A stretch of DNA of 64,000 nucleotides, taken from IMG/VR virus record IMGVR_UViG_3300024179_000001. One strand, given 5' to 3'. Under the pieces are notes generated by a model that did no database searches, was not told the origin of the DNA, and saw only the letters and a program-made list of their open reading frames with translations. This document shows positions 18,937 through 27,351 of the stretch, in pieces. Every line of letters begins with the position of its first letter. Within the stretch, counting starts at the first letter, position 1. Position numbers and translations under genes: made by a program. This stretch comes from an uncultured virus (IMG/VR IMGVR_UViG_3300024179_000001) (Duplodnaviria; Heunggongvirae; Uroviricota; Caudoviricetes).

Positions 18937-19151
18937 TTTCCGTACTTCGCAATCATCAAGGTGCCGAACAGCACGGCGCCAAGGAGCGAGAAGAGGAGAA
19001 GGAATACTCCCATCCAGATAGCGTTGGTGCGGCGATGCAGGCGATAGGCCGCAGTCCAAGTATCGTTCCGCCACTTCCTCCCGGCCGTGCGGTCCACCAG
19101 ATCCTGCTCGGTCAGAAGTTTCTTGCGGTACCCCAGTTCCTTGTAGATCAC
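18933..19151 (-). CDS. small membrane protein
   Basis: C-terminal TM segment. Confidence 0.55.
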   Translation of the reverse strand: MIYKELGYRKKLLTEQDLVDRTAGRKWRNDTWTAAYRLHRRTNAIWMGVFLLLFSLLGAVLFGTLMIAKYGK

Positions 19152-19411
19152 GAGCGTTTGCCCCCTTGAGAGATTTCAAATGCGAGTTCGTCGATTTCTT
19201 TGAGCACCTGAGTTACTGCGGAGATCCGCGCGTCGTGATCCTTTCTGGCCTGCGCGTAGGCCTCAGTTCCTTGCGGATAGTAATCGCGGCCATTCGGGTA
19301 CATCTCTGTCAGCGCGTGAAGCGCTTTGCGGAGATGGAAATTGGCCTCGAGTGCCTGCTCGAGGAGCTCCTGCTTCGACGTGCCGTTCAGATGGATCGTT
19401 GGGATGATCAC
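19148..19411 (-). CDS. hypothetical phage protein
   Basis: PTIHLNGTS...PNGRDYYPQG; GTG start overlaps upstream stop. Confidence 0.65.
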   Translation of the reverse strand: MIIPTIHLNGTSKQELLEQALEANFHLRKALHALTEMYPNGRDYYPQGTEAYAQARKDHDARISAVTQVLKEIDELAFEISQGGKRS

Positions 19412-19509
19412 TTGCCTGCTCTCCGTTCCAGTTCTTTCGCCGCCATCCTGCACCACAGGTAGATCTTCAGGACCGCGTACGCAATGAAGATGTCAAAACC
19501 TATTTGCAT
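19408..19509 (-). CDS. 33-aa hydrophobic peptide
   Basis: GAGGAGG SD; MQIGFDIFIAYAVLKIYLWCRMAAKELERRAGK. Confidence 0.5.
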   Translation of the reverse strand: MQIGFDIFIAYAVLKIYLWCRMAAKELERRAGK

Positions 19510-19625
19510 GTGAATGCCTCCTCGAAAATTTCGGCCATCCAGGCAAAGAGCTCCGCGCGTCGTGCTGCTTCTTCGCGCAGATACTGCTCGGCACAGGCCA
19601 GCTCGATGGTGCTATCATCAGCCAC

Positions 19626-20036
19626 ATGGATTACAGGCTGAAGTGGCAGCGAGAGCACCCCAAGTCCCACCGAAGAGCACAAGCTGCCTACTACCGAAAG
19701 AAAAAACGAACGAGTAAATTTAGAGAAGCACGACTTAAAAAACAACGTGCTTACTTCGTTAGACTTAAAGAAGAAGCGTTTGAACACTACGGCAAATCGT
19801 GTAAATGCTGCGGGGAGATTGAGCCTCTTTTCTTGACTCTTCACCATAAAAATAACGACGGGGCAAGGCATCGGAAGGCGTTGGGGAATCGGGGGAACGC
19901 GATCTACCAATGGCTCCGAAAGCATAACTATCCTCCAATCTTTGAAACGATGTGCAATAACTGCAATCGCGGAATCTGGCTCAACCACGGTGTGTGTCCA
20001 CATCGGGCCTCATCAGTACGCGCTAAACGCGTATAG
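19626..20036 (+). CDS. HNH-type endonuclease, inverted within the early operon
   Basis: YGKSCKCCGE...FLTLHHKNNDG...MCNNCN...GVCPH; AT-richer than neighbours. Confidence 0.75.
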   Translation: MDYRLKWQREHPKSHRRAQAAYYRKKKRTSKFREARLKKQRAYFVRLKEEAFEHYGKSCKCCGEIEPLFLTLHHKNNDGARHRKALGNRGNAIYQWLRKHNYPPIFETMCNNCNRGIWLNHGVCPHRASSVRAKRV

Positions 20037-20070
20037 ACGGGGTGGAGGGAAGCAACCCCGCCTTTCGGCC
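20006..20070 (-). ncRNA. hammerhead ribozyme (type II)
   Basis: Minus strand GGCC-GAA-AGGCGGGGU-loop-ACCCCGUCU-A-UACGCG-uuuag-CGCGUA-CUGAUGA-GGCC; complete core and three paired stems. Confidence 0.9.
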
Positions 20071-20814
20071 TTACCGTTTCACGTACTCTGTGAACAGGCG
20101 ACCGAGATCTTGAGATGCAGCGAAGCGCGTGCTGACGGGCATCTGCTTCTGCACCTCAGTGAAGGCATTGTGCAAGGACCAGAGGTTCCGGGGAGCGAAG
20201 TCCTCGTGGCGTGGTTCATTCCATTCCTTGACGACGTCGGTGATGAACCGGACAGGCATGATCTCTTTCTGCACGAAGGCGTCGAGGATCAGGGCCTTGG
20301 CTTCGTTGACGCTGACGCCCCGATTCCGCATGGCGTCGATCTCATTCACGAGGGCAACCGTGTGCTGCTGCCAGCGCGCCATCCCCTGCGTGATCTGATC
20401 GATCAGGTTGAACCCTGTGGAATGCTTCTGCTTCAGGACGATGGAGTCACCACGGAAGCACAGGTTGTCGCAGACGAAGACCGAAGCTCCGGCCACCATC
20501 TGGATCGACATCGTTTTGTTGTTCGCATGGCGGAAGCCGAGGGCAAGGACGAACTCCTTGCGGACGATGTGCTCGATCTTCATCACACCGAAAAGCATTT
20601 CGCCGTCGCGGCGTATCGCGAACTGCTCGTCGGCGATCTTCATGTTGAGGTAGCTGACGCTCTTCTCGATGGTATCGACGAGTTCGATGTGCTTGATCGG
20701 CCTGAAGGTGGACGTGGGGAGATTCGTCTCCGACAGTTCGATGTGCGACAGCTGCTCGCGAGTAACTCGATCCGAATTCACTTGCGACGACATTAGGGAT
20801 GCATGGGCTTCCAT
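20071..20814 (-). CDS. DUF932-family protein
   Basis: PIKHIELV...LGFRHANNKTMS...FVCDNL...KH...LWSLHNAFTE. Confidence 0.8.
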   Translation of the reverse strand: MEAHASLMSSQVNSDRVTREQLSHIELSETNLPTSTFRPIKHIELVDTIEKSVSYLNMKIADEQFAIRRDGEMLFGVMKIEHIVRKEFVLALGFRHANNKTMSIQMVAGASVFVCDNLCFRGDSIVLKQKHSTGFNLIDQITQGMARWQQHTVALVNEIDAMRNRGVSVNEAKALILDAFVQKEIMPVRFITDVVKEWNEPRHEDFAPRNLWSLHNAFTEVQKQMPVSTRFAASQDLGRLFTEYVKR

Positions 20815-20888
20815 TTTTTCTTCTCCTGACAAAGCCTCTGGCCTCGTCGGCCTGCCTCCTCTGTTGCCAGAGGAAGCAGGACAAGCGG

Positions 20889-21632
20889 TCAGCGGTTGAA
20901 CTTCAACCAGTGGATGATCATGCGAACTGCGGTACCGTAAAACTCGTGCGTGAGATCAGGTGGAAAATCTCCGGTGCTAACCTCGGGGAATTTTGCGGCG
21001 ACAACGGTCCAAAACTCTTCGATGGCGTCCTTGGCGGCGACACTGATTTGTTCCTTCTGTTTGTCGAGCCCGATTCTGGCGACTTCTTCCCACTGTTCCT
21101 TCTCGAATGCCATGGCGATTTCCATCACATTTACCGCCGCACTACTCGCATCATCGAAGTCAATTTCCTTGGTCGTGTTGATGCTCCTACCTTCGAGGAA
21201 GTCACCGTTCACATAAACGTCAGCGCCCCAATTCACGTCCGAGGTGCCGAACCGGAGCATGACGCCGCCGTTGAACTTCACATCGATACAATAAATCCCG
21301 CCACCAGTGTGGACGGTTTCGGCATCAAGAGACGCATCGGTGCGAAGATGGGCGGCGACTTCTTCGAGGAAAGCTTCCTCATTTGGGTCTGGTGCGCCAT
21401 CACGTTGATTTTCAATCTTGATGATTTGGGCCACGATCAGATCCGGCTGGGCACAGTTGCCCGGGAGATCTGTCTCGGCGCCGTTGCCGTCCTCGTCGCT
21501 CCAGCCCCAGTTCCCATTCGCCGTGCCGTAGCTGCGTTCACCAAGGGCAATGTAACCCGGATATTCGTAAGTGGCTCCGAAGCCAGCAGCCCGGAGTTGC
21601 GTCACAACTTCCTTCATGATTGTGCTGTTCAT
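20889..21632 (-). CDS. acidic early protein, unknown function
   Basis: GGAGG SD; HTGGGIYC and GDFPPD motifs. Confidence 0.7.
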   Translation of the reverse strand: MNSTIMKEVVTQLRAAGFGATYEYPGYIALGERSYGTANGNWGWSDEDGNGAETDLPGNCAQPDLIVAQIIKIENQRDGAPDPNEEAFLEEVAAHLRTDASLDAETVHTGGGIYCIDVKFNGGVMLRFGTSDVNWGADVYVNGDFLEGRSINTTKEIDFDDASSAAVNVMEIAMAFEKEQWEEVARIGLDKQKEQISVAAKDAIEEFWTVVAAKFPEVSTGDFPPDLTHEFYGTAVRMIIHWLKFNR

Positions 21633-21856
21633 GCTGCCCTCCGTACGGCCTTGATGTGCTTACAGCCGCTGAAAGTGTTGGTGTCGAGGTGAGGAAGCTT
21701 GCGGTACATGAAGTCCGCGCAATTGCAGAAGAAGGTGGCTTTCCGTTCGCGAGTGACGCGCTGAACAGTGTAGCGTTTCCGCGCATCAGTCTCGGATTGG
21801 ACGTAGAAGGTTTTGGTGCCGCGCACCGGATTGCGTTTTGCAGTTGCGATTTTCAT
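21629..21856 (-). CDS. SWIM zinc-finger protein
   Basis: FFCNCADF...CKHIKAV. Confidence 0.8.
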   Translation of the reverse strand: MKIATAKRNPVRGTKTFYVQSETDARKRYTVQRVTRERKATFFCNCADFMYRKLPHLDTNTFSGCKHIKAVRRAA

Positions 21857-22062
21857 TAGAGCACCACCACTTCGACATGATGGGAACCGCAGCAGCGGCA
21901 AACAACGAACTCCTGATCCTCGAAGGATCCGTAGCCCTGCAGGATCTTGAAGGAGTTGGTCGCTGCGTTGTTCAGGGTGCCGTTGCCACAGGTCTTGCAA
22001 ATGGCTGCGAAGGAATCGGGATTTTCGGGGGTAACTTCGACTTGCTGTTCGTTGGCTCTCAT
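21856..22062 (-). CDS. small zinc-ribbon protein, first gene of the leftward operon
   Basis: AGGAGG SD; CKTCG...CRCCGS. Confidence 0.65.
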   Translation of the reverse strand: MRANEQQVEVTPENPDSFAAICKTCGNGTLNNAATNSFKILQGYGSFEDQEFVVCRCCGSHHVEVVVL

Positions 22063-22104
22063 CAGTCCTCCTGATTGATGCCGCATGCTTACCTTACTAT
22101 AGAT

Positions 22105-22184
22105 ATTATGCCTGAATGCAGTACACGAAGTCAACAGAAATCCACAACCTTAGTATTGCTGAGATCGATAAATTGCAGTACCCT
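22105..22184. promoter_or_regulatory. divergent promoter/operator region
   Basis: Leftward TTGACT-N18-CATAAT (22134-22105); rightward TTGCTG-N17-TACCCT (22156-22184); repeated TGCAGTAC. Confidence 0.65.
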
Positions 22185-22190
22185 CCGGAC

Positions 22191-22364
22191 ATGGCCAAGA
22201 AACAGCTACCGACCAAGCAGGACGCAGTGCTCTCTATCCGACTGTATTCACACGAGTTAAATACGATCAAAATAGCCGCCAAAACGAGCAATAGATCTGT
22301 GTCCAAGTGGGTAACAGACAAATGTATGGCGGCTGCGAAACGCACGGCAGCCCTCGCGAAATAA
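22191..22364 (+). CDS. ribbon-helix-helix repressor (DUF1778-like), probably leaderless
   Basis: KQDAVLSIRL...IKIAAKTSNRSVSKWV; ATG 6 nt after the putative -10. Confidence 0.7.
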   Translation: MAKKQLPTKQDAVLSIRLYSHELNTIKIAAKTSNRSVSKWVTDKCMAAAKRTAALAK

Positions 22365-22378
22365 AGGACAGAACTGGA

Positions 22379-22684
22379 ATGGCGTACATGACGAGAAGGC
22401 GAGGGGTCGGATCGTACCAGCACGCAGCAAGACGTGCTCACCGGATTGTTCAGCGTGCAGTACAGTCTGGTCGCTTGCCAAATCTCAGGCGCCGAAGGAT
22501 CAGATGTTCTGATTGTAGAAAACGCGCAGAGCTATACGATCATCGTGATTACGCAAAACCTCTTCGCGTGAATCCTGTTTGCCCTGGTTGCAATCGTCGC
22601 CGTGGAAAAGCTATCGTGAGTCGCACGGTTCCACGTCGAATGACAGAAGCCGAGATGGAGAAATATCTGAGGTCGTTTCACTGA
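22379..22684 (+). CDS. HNH-like zinc-finger protein
   Basis: AHRIVQRAVQSGRL...CSDC...HRDYAKPLRVNPVCPGCN. Confidence 0.65.
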   Translation: MAYMTRRRGVGSYQHAARRAHRIVQRAVQSGRLPNLRRRRIRCSDCRKRAELYDHRDYAKPLRVNPVCPGCNRRRGKAIVSRTVPRRMTEAEMEKYLRSFH

Positions 22685-22862
22685 TGCCAGCCCCATGGAA
22701 TCACCCCTCGAACCCTTTCTATAAACCTGTCGTTACCTGTATCGGCTGTGGAAAGTTCGGGGTCATTCTCTGCTCACACTGCAAGCAACTCAATGAAGCA
22801 GTCCTCACCAGAATCAGGAAGCTCCGGACGACGATCGAGCAGAGATTTTCGCTCAGGGAAAA

Positions 22863-23825
22863 GTGACAGCCTACTACAATGAGAACGACAAGTTCATGGC
22901 AGCGTGGCTCCGTGAACTGATGAAAGAGAATCTGATCGCGCCCGGGGAGATCGATGATCGAAGCATCAAGGACGTCGATGAAAAAGATCTCGAGGGATTC
23001 ACTCAGTGCCACTTCTTTGCCGGAGTCGGAGTCTGGAGTTACGCGCTTAGAAAAGCTGGATGGCCAGACGACCTTCCTGTTTGGACAGGATCCTGTCCCT
23101 GCTCATCATTCAGTGCAAGCGGGAAGCGGCAAGGCTTCAGCGATCCGCGTCACCTGTGGCCCACATGGGGCAGGCTCATTCAAAAGTGTCTCCCTGTCGT
23201 TGTCTTTGGCGAGCAGGTTGCGAAAAAAGACGGATACGCTTGGTTCGACCTTGTATCTTCAGAACTGGAAACAGAAGGCTACACCGTCGGGGCGACGGAT
23301 CTACCAGCTTGTGGCGTCGGCGCGCCCCATCTCCGTAACCGGATTTACTTCGTGGCCCACACCAACCGCTTTATCATTCGCGGACTCACATCGGCCGGGA
23401 AACAATCGCTACATGAACACGGTGACGAAACTGGTGGGATGGTCGACGCCGAATGGAGACGATGCGAACAACGGAACGCGCGTCTCGGGAGAGTTCAAGA
23501 GTCTGACACGCGACGCGCACTTGACAGGATGGGTCTCACCATCGGCGAGGGACTGGAAGGACACGCCCGGGATGTCGCGAACGGGAAAGAAAAACAGGAA
23601 GCGACTCGACCAGCTCCCGCGTCAGGCGCACTTAACGGATTCTGGAAAGAAGACGCCCTCTGGATCCACTGCGAAGACAAAACACTTCGGCCTACTCGAT
23701 CCGGCATTTTCCCTCTGGCTGATGGGACTCCCAATCGCGTGGGTTGTTTGCGGGGAGCGGGTAACGCCCTTGTCGCGCCGGCGGCGCAGGCGTTCATAGA
23801 ATCTTTTATCGAGGTGATGCACTAA
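22863..23825 (+). CDS. DNA cytosine-5 methyltransferase, catalytic (alpha) chain, permuted
   Basis: HFFAGVG (I), GSCPC (IV), GEQV (VI), PHLRNRIYFVA (VIII), LRGAGNA (X). Confidence 0.85.
   Translation: MTAYYNENDKFMAAWLRELMKENLIAPGEIDDRSIKDVDEKDLEGFTQCHFFAGVGVWSYALRKAGWPDDLPVWTGSCPCSSFSASGKRQGFSDPRHLWPTWGRLIQKCLPVVVFGEQVAKKDGYAWFDLVSSELETEGYTVGATDLPACGVGAPHLRNRIYFVAHTNRFIIRGLTSAGKQSLHEHGDETGGMVDAEWRRCEQRNARLGRVQESDTRRALDRMGLTIGEGLEGHARDVANGKEKQEATRPAPASGALNGFWKEDALWIHCEDKTLRPTRSGIFPLADGTPNRVGCLRGAGNALVAPAAQAFIESFIEVMH
22954..23799 (+). CDS. C5-MTase beta chain encoded in the +1 frame (TRD repeats + motif IX)
   Basis: WPTP/GWSTP/GWVSPSARDWKD repeats and LDPAFSLWLMGLPIAW; true start uncertain. 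Confidence 0.7.
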   Translation: MIEASRTSMKKISRDSLSATSLPESESGVTRLEKLDGQTTFLFGQDPVPAHHSVQAGSGKASAIRVTCGPHGAGSFKSVSLSLSLASRLRKKTDTLGSTLYLQNWKQKATPSGRRIYQLVASARPISVTGFTSWPTPTALSFADSHRPGNNRYMNTVTKLVGWSTPNGDDANNGTRVSGEFKSLTRDAHLTGWVSPSARDWKDTPGMSRTGKKNRKRLDQLPRQAHLTDSGKKTPSGSTAKTKHFGLLDPAFSLWLMGLPIAWVVCGERVTPLSRRRRRRS

Positions 23826-24064
23826 TGTATCCGAGCTGGATTCCACCAAAGCAGGAAGATCTCGAAGCAAACAAACTGAAAGAGCCTGAGGGTGAGCGGA
23901 TTCGCGCCGAGCTGATCGACTTTCTCGAGCGCAATAAGATTTGCGGGATTCTAATGGATACACCACACCACCACGTCTCTATTGATTACGGTCCAAACCT
24001 ACCGAGAGAGATCAAGAACGTACTCGGATGTTGGGGCTCGATCTACATCGTTGTGAAGGAGTGA
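23825..24064 (+). CDS. hypothetical protein
   Basis: GAGG SD; TAATG coupling. Confidence 0.55.
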   Translation: MYPSWIPPKQEDLEANKLKEPEGERIRAELIDFLERNKICGILMDTPHHHVSIDYGPNLPREIKNVLGCWGSIYIVVKE

Positions 24065-24067
24065 TCG

Positions 24068-24274
24068 ATGGCATTCTGTCCTTGGAAAAAAGGTGATCGC
24101 GTTCGCTTCGCGCACCAGCTCGAGACCGGACCATCGCACACAATTATTAGCACGTTTCTCGTGAACGGTGATTGGATGGTGGAGATCAACGACATGCCGG
24201 GAAACTTCGCGGCGCACATTTTCAGGGCAGAGGATTATCCTTCCGATTCCATCGTTCCTCGGCCAGCGCGCTGA
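24068..24274 (+). CDS. small SH3/KOW-like protein
   Basis: AAGGAG SD; WKKGDRVRF. Confidence 0.55.
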   Translation: MAFCPWKKGDRVRFAHQLETGPSHTIISTFLVNGDWMVEINDMPGNFAAHIFRAEDYPSDSIVPRPAR

Positions 24275-24294
24275 TCGTGATATCGTAGGCCATC

Positions 24295-24585
24295 ATGGAC
24301 GAGTTGAACCAGCACCACCCGGAGCTCGGCGAAACGATTCTCTTTTGTGGACACTACGAAGAGACGGAGTATCACTTCTTTGCAAAAACAGAAGAAGATG
24401 ATTCAGAACTACGGGCCGTTGTGGTCAAGCGCTGCGAAGAAGAACCGGGATTCCAGATCCGCTGGATCATTCTCTGCGATGATTGCACCAGGCAGAGAAC
24501 GAAGCACGACGGTGTGCATCCGTTCGAGGGTCCGCTGCACAAAGCAATGTGGGCACCGGACGACTTGAACACAATGAAGAACTGA
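24295..24585 (+). CDS. hypothetical protein
   Basis: FCGH...LCDDC. Confidence 0.5.
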   Translation: MDELNQHHPELGETILFCGHYEETEYHFFAKTEEDDSELRAVVVKRCEEEPGFQIRWIILCDDCTRQRTKHDGVHPFEGPLHKAMWAPDDLNTMKN

Positions 24586-24598
24586 ATCGGGTCAAAAC

Positions 24599-25186
24599 AT
24601 GGGCAGAAGAAAATCGGGCAAGCCTCCGAAGAAGAAGATCCGGAGTCTCAAAGCTCTCAAGGCTGCGTGCACCCCTAAGCAATCCAAATTCGTCGAAGCA
24701 TTCCTGAAAACCAGAAATAAAACCAAGGCCGCGTTGATGGCTGGATACAGTCCGAAGTATGCAGGTCAGGCTGGTCACGTCGTCTTAGAAGCTGTGAAGG
24801 AGAAAGCCCCTGAAGTCTTTGCACGCATGGGCCTTACTCTCGAACGCGTTATAGAAAGAAAGCTAATCCCGCTCATGGAAGCGCAGGAAGTCAGGGTTGC
24901 ACAGCACGAAGGAGAGTTCACGGATGTCATGGAAGTGGAAGCACTGGGGATCCAGCTTGGCGCCACGCGAATGTATTTCGAGCTCGCAGATGCATTTCCG
25001 CCGCGTGATCAATTCCTCGCAGCCCAGCTGGGGATTGAAGTAGTTGTGAATGACATGCCACGGCCGCACAGGCCAACGGTGGATGTGAAAGCGTACCTGA
25101 ACGCGCAATCCTCATCGAATGGCCACAAGAAAAAAGCGATCGAGCCGCCGCCGGAAGAACCAGAAGATCCTCGCCCAAAGGACTGA
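24599..25186 (+). CDS. terS: terminase small subunit
   Basis: TPKQSKFVEAFLKTRNKTKAALMAGYSPKYA HTH signature. Confidence 0.8.
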   Translation: MGRRKSGKPPKKKIRSLKALKAACTPKQSKFVEAFLKTRNKTKAALMAGYSPKYAGQAGHVVLEAVKEKAPEVFARMGLTLERVIERKLIPLMEAQEVRVAQHEGEFTDVMEVEALGIQLGATRMYFELADAFPPRDQFLAAQLGIEVVVNDMPRPHRPTVDVKAYLNAQSSSNGHKKKAIEPPPEEPEDPRPKD

Positions 25187-25187
25187 G

Positions 25188-25219
25188 AAGAGTATATACT
25201 CTTGCCGAGGTATATACCT
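25188..25219. promoter_or_regulatory. tandem palindromic operator-like sites
   Basis: AAGAGTATATACTCTT (perfect 16-bp palindrome) and AGGTATATACCT. Confidence 0.6.
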
Positions 25220-25331
25220 TGAGCGCATTCCGAATGAAGACAGATAACCGGACAAACTTCGCCATCGGCCTTGTGCTCGGCGCCTGCATCGGATTCGCCG
25301 CTGGCGTTCTGTTCATGGCTGTAGTGATGAG

Positions 25332-25535
25332 GTGATCATGGAACTCCACGAACTCACCGACAAGGCAATCGACTACATGCTCCCAGAACTTGAATCCCTC
25401 GTCGAGGCTGATGATCGGCGCCTGACTCCGTGGGAGAAGAGCTTCATCCCGAGCATTTCAGAGCAGTGGACCAGGAAGCGCTTCCTTACGGAAGATCAGA
25501 AGAAAACTCTCGGCAAAATATGGGACAAAATATGA
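25332..25535 (+). CDS. hypothetical phage protein
   Basis: LTPWEKSFI.SI...LTEDQKKTLGKIW pattern. Confidence 0.65.
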   Translation: MIMELHELTDKAIDYMLPELESLVEADDRRLTPWEKSFIPSISEQWTRKRFLTEDQKKTLGKIWDKI

Positions 25536-25948
25536 AGACAACGCTCATCGTAACCGTTGGTTTACCACGATCGGGGAAGACTACGTATTGCAATCAAGTG
25601 CTCAAACCGAAAGGATTCGTGATCGTGAATCCGGACAGTTTCCGCTTCGCAATTCACGGGCAGACGTTCGTACCATCGGCCGAGCCGTTTGTATGGGCTG
25701 CGGTCTATGCGGCCGTCGATGCGCTTCGGCTCGCTGGACATGACGTCGTGGTGGACGGTACGCACATGACGAAGAAGCGCCGGGAGTCCTGGGAGCAACG
25801 TGGCGCCGAATTCCATTTGATGGGCACGAAAAAAGAAGTGTGCCTCGAGCGAGCGAAACTCACGGGGCGTGAAGATATCTTGCCGGTGATCGAGCGGATG
25901 GCATACGAATGCGATTGGCCGGCTGCAATCGGGGAGGATGTGTTCTGA
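25532..25948 (+). CDS. P-loop kinase, AAA_33/PNK kinase-like
   Basis: VGLPRSGKTT, NPDSFR, VVVDGTH...RR. Confidence 0.8.
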   Translation: MKTTLIVTVGLPRSGKTTYCNQVLKPKGFVIVNPDSFRFAIHGQTFVPSAEPFVWAAVYAAVDALRLAGHDVVVDGTHMTKKRRESWEQRGAEFHLMGTKKEVCLERAKLTGREDILPVIERMAYECDWPAAIGEDVF

Positions 25949-26214
25949 TGAGCGAAGAGGTCACCATTATCGTTCCAGGCGATCCGGAGGCGCGCGGCCT
26001 CGTGGCCATCTGGTCGGATACACGTCCACATCCCTCGCACTGCTGGCTCCGAGCAGCCCAACACATTTTCCATTTCAAAGACGTGAACTACTTTCAGCAG
26101 ATCGAATCTGCGGCGACGTGCTGGCACATGGCCGAGGCGATCAACCGGATTCCACGTCCACCTCGGCGCGCGATCGACTGGGGTTGGGGAAAGGGATGGC
26201 CTGGGAAACGATGA
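25948..26214 (+). CDS. hypothetical protein
   Basis: GGAGG SD; TGATG coupling. Confidence 0.5.
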   Translation: MSEEVTIIVPGDPEARGLVAIWSDTRPHPSHCWLRAAQHIFHFKDVNYFQQIESAATCWHMAEAINRIPRPPRRAIDWGWGKGWPGKR

Positions 26215-26235
26215 GCGAACAAATCGACGGAAAGG

Positions 26236-26523
26236 GTGACACACATGGAACTGGAAGAACGTTGCGAACACTGCTATGAGGATTTGGTAGCGCATCATCA
26301 CAGGAATTTGCGCTGCCCCGGCGACAGGAAAACAATCTACCGTGCATTGCCGGAATCCGTCTACTGGAACCCGTACAACAAAGTGGTGCAGGACCATCGA
26401 GACGGGACTATCTACGAGGACGCGACGAATGCCATGCGTGCGAAGCAGGGTCTACCCGTTCCATGGACTTCGGCGATTGGCAAGTTTGAAGTATACGCTA
26501 CAGAGGACAAAAGGCCGCAGTGA
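26236..26523 (+). CDS. hypothetical protein
   Basis: CEHC...VYWNPYNKVVQDHRDG. Confidence 0.55.
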   Translation: MTHMELEERCEHCYEDLVAHHHRNLRCPGDRKTIYRALPESVYWNPYNKVVQDHRDGTIYEDATNAMRAKQGLPVPWTSAIGKFEVYATEDKRPQ

Positions 26524-26548
26524 GCGGCGCGGAAAGGGTGAGCGAGCG

Positions 26549-27058
26549 ATGGAAAAGGAACTGCGGGACATTGTGAAGGACTTGCGTGAAATGAAGATAT
26601 GGGGGCGAGCCGATATTACTGGCCCAGTGCGGGATGGGTTTAATCACATCGCTGACCGCATTGAAGCCGCCCTCGCGGAGAAGCCCGCCGAGCGGCCACG
26701 CAACCTAACTGACCACCAGCAAGCGGTAGAGGAAGCTGCTGGAATGCCAATCGACTGGGGCATGGCGAATGCTTCACAAGTTGCGGCCGTGCCAGCCAGC
26801 GTGCAGGGGAGCGGGGAGCGCGATGAAGCGCCAATGGGACGCAGCGAGTTCGATAAATTGAAAGCGCAAAAAGATGCGATTATCGAGCGTGAGCGTGAGG
26901 CCATCCGCCAATCAGCACGGGAGCCGCTTTTACTGGCGATGAAAAACGCTCTCTACGCACAAACAAACGAGGAAACGGACGAGATACTTGAACAGGTGCT
27001 TATAGAAAACAACTGGGGAGTAAGCGATTCCGCGTCGCCAGCGAAGGAGCAGCCATGA
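26549..27058 (+). CDS. hypothetical protein
   Basis: Helical protein from ATG 26549. Confidence 0.5.
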   Translation: MEKELRDIVKDLREMKIWGRADITGPVRDGFNHIADRIEAALAEKPAERPRNLTDHQQAVEEAAGMPIDWGMANASQVAAVPASVQGSGERDEAPMGRSEFDKLKAQKDAIIEREREAIRQSAREPLLLAMKNALYAQTNEETDEILEQVLIENNWGVSDSASPAKEQP

Positions 27059-27082
27059 AACCCCAGCGAGCGAAGAAGGCGA

Positions 27083-27313
27083 ATGAGTCCCTGTGAGCAC
27101 ATCAAGTTCCCGGATGGCAGCGTGGCCATCGTGCGTTTTGCGAAACGCCGTGGGAAGAAGTGTGCGTTCTGCCATCTGCAAGCTACGCGAGAATGCGATT
27201 ACGAGCTGGGCCGCACGCTCGACGGCCGTGTGATCACCTGCGACGCGCCGATCTGCGCCAGTTACGCGAAGCCGATTGGTGAGAACAAGGATCTCTGTCC
27301 ACGCCATTCGTGA
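27083..27313 (+). CDS. Cys-rich zinc-finger protein
   Basis: CAFC..ECDY..TCDAPIC..DLCPRH. Confidence 0.65.
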   Translation: MSPCEHIKFPDGSVAIVRFAKRRGKKCAFCHLQATRECDYELGRTLDGRVITCDAPICASYAKPIGENKDLCPRHS

Positions 27314-27351
27314 ATATATACTCTTGACCACTATATATACTGTCCTTTAAG

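Noticed and set aside
19500..20003. 167-aa minus-strand ORF starting just after the hammerhead; CCACAT repeats at 19622 and 19998
   Set aside because: Mostly the antisense of the HNH gene, with only the last ~40 codons looking protein-like. A 6-bp repeat is too short to call a target-site duplication.
22050..22075. CTGATGAG on the minus strand (also plus strand near 25945 and 52866) as further hammerheads
   Set aside because: No matching GAAA and stems; explained by SD+ATG, stop/start overlap or coding sequence.
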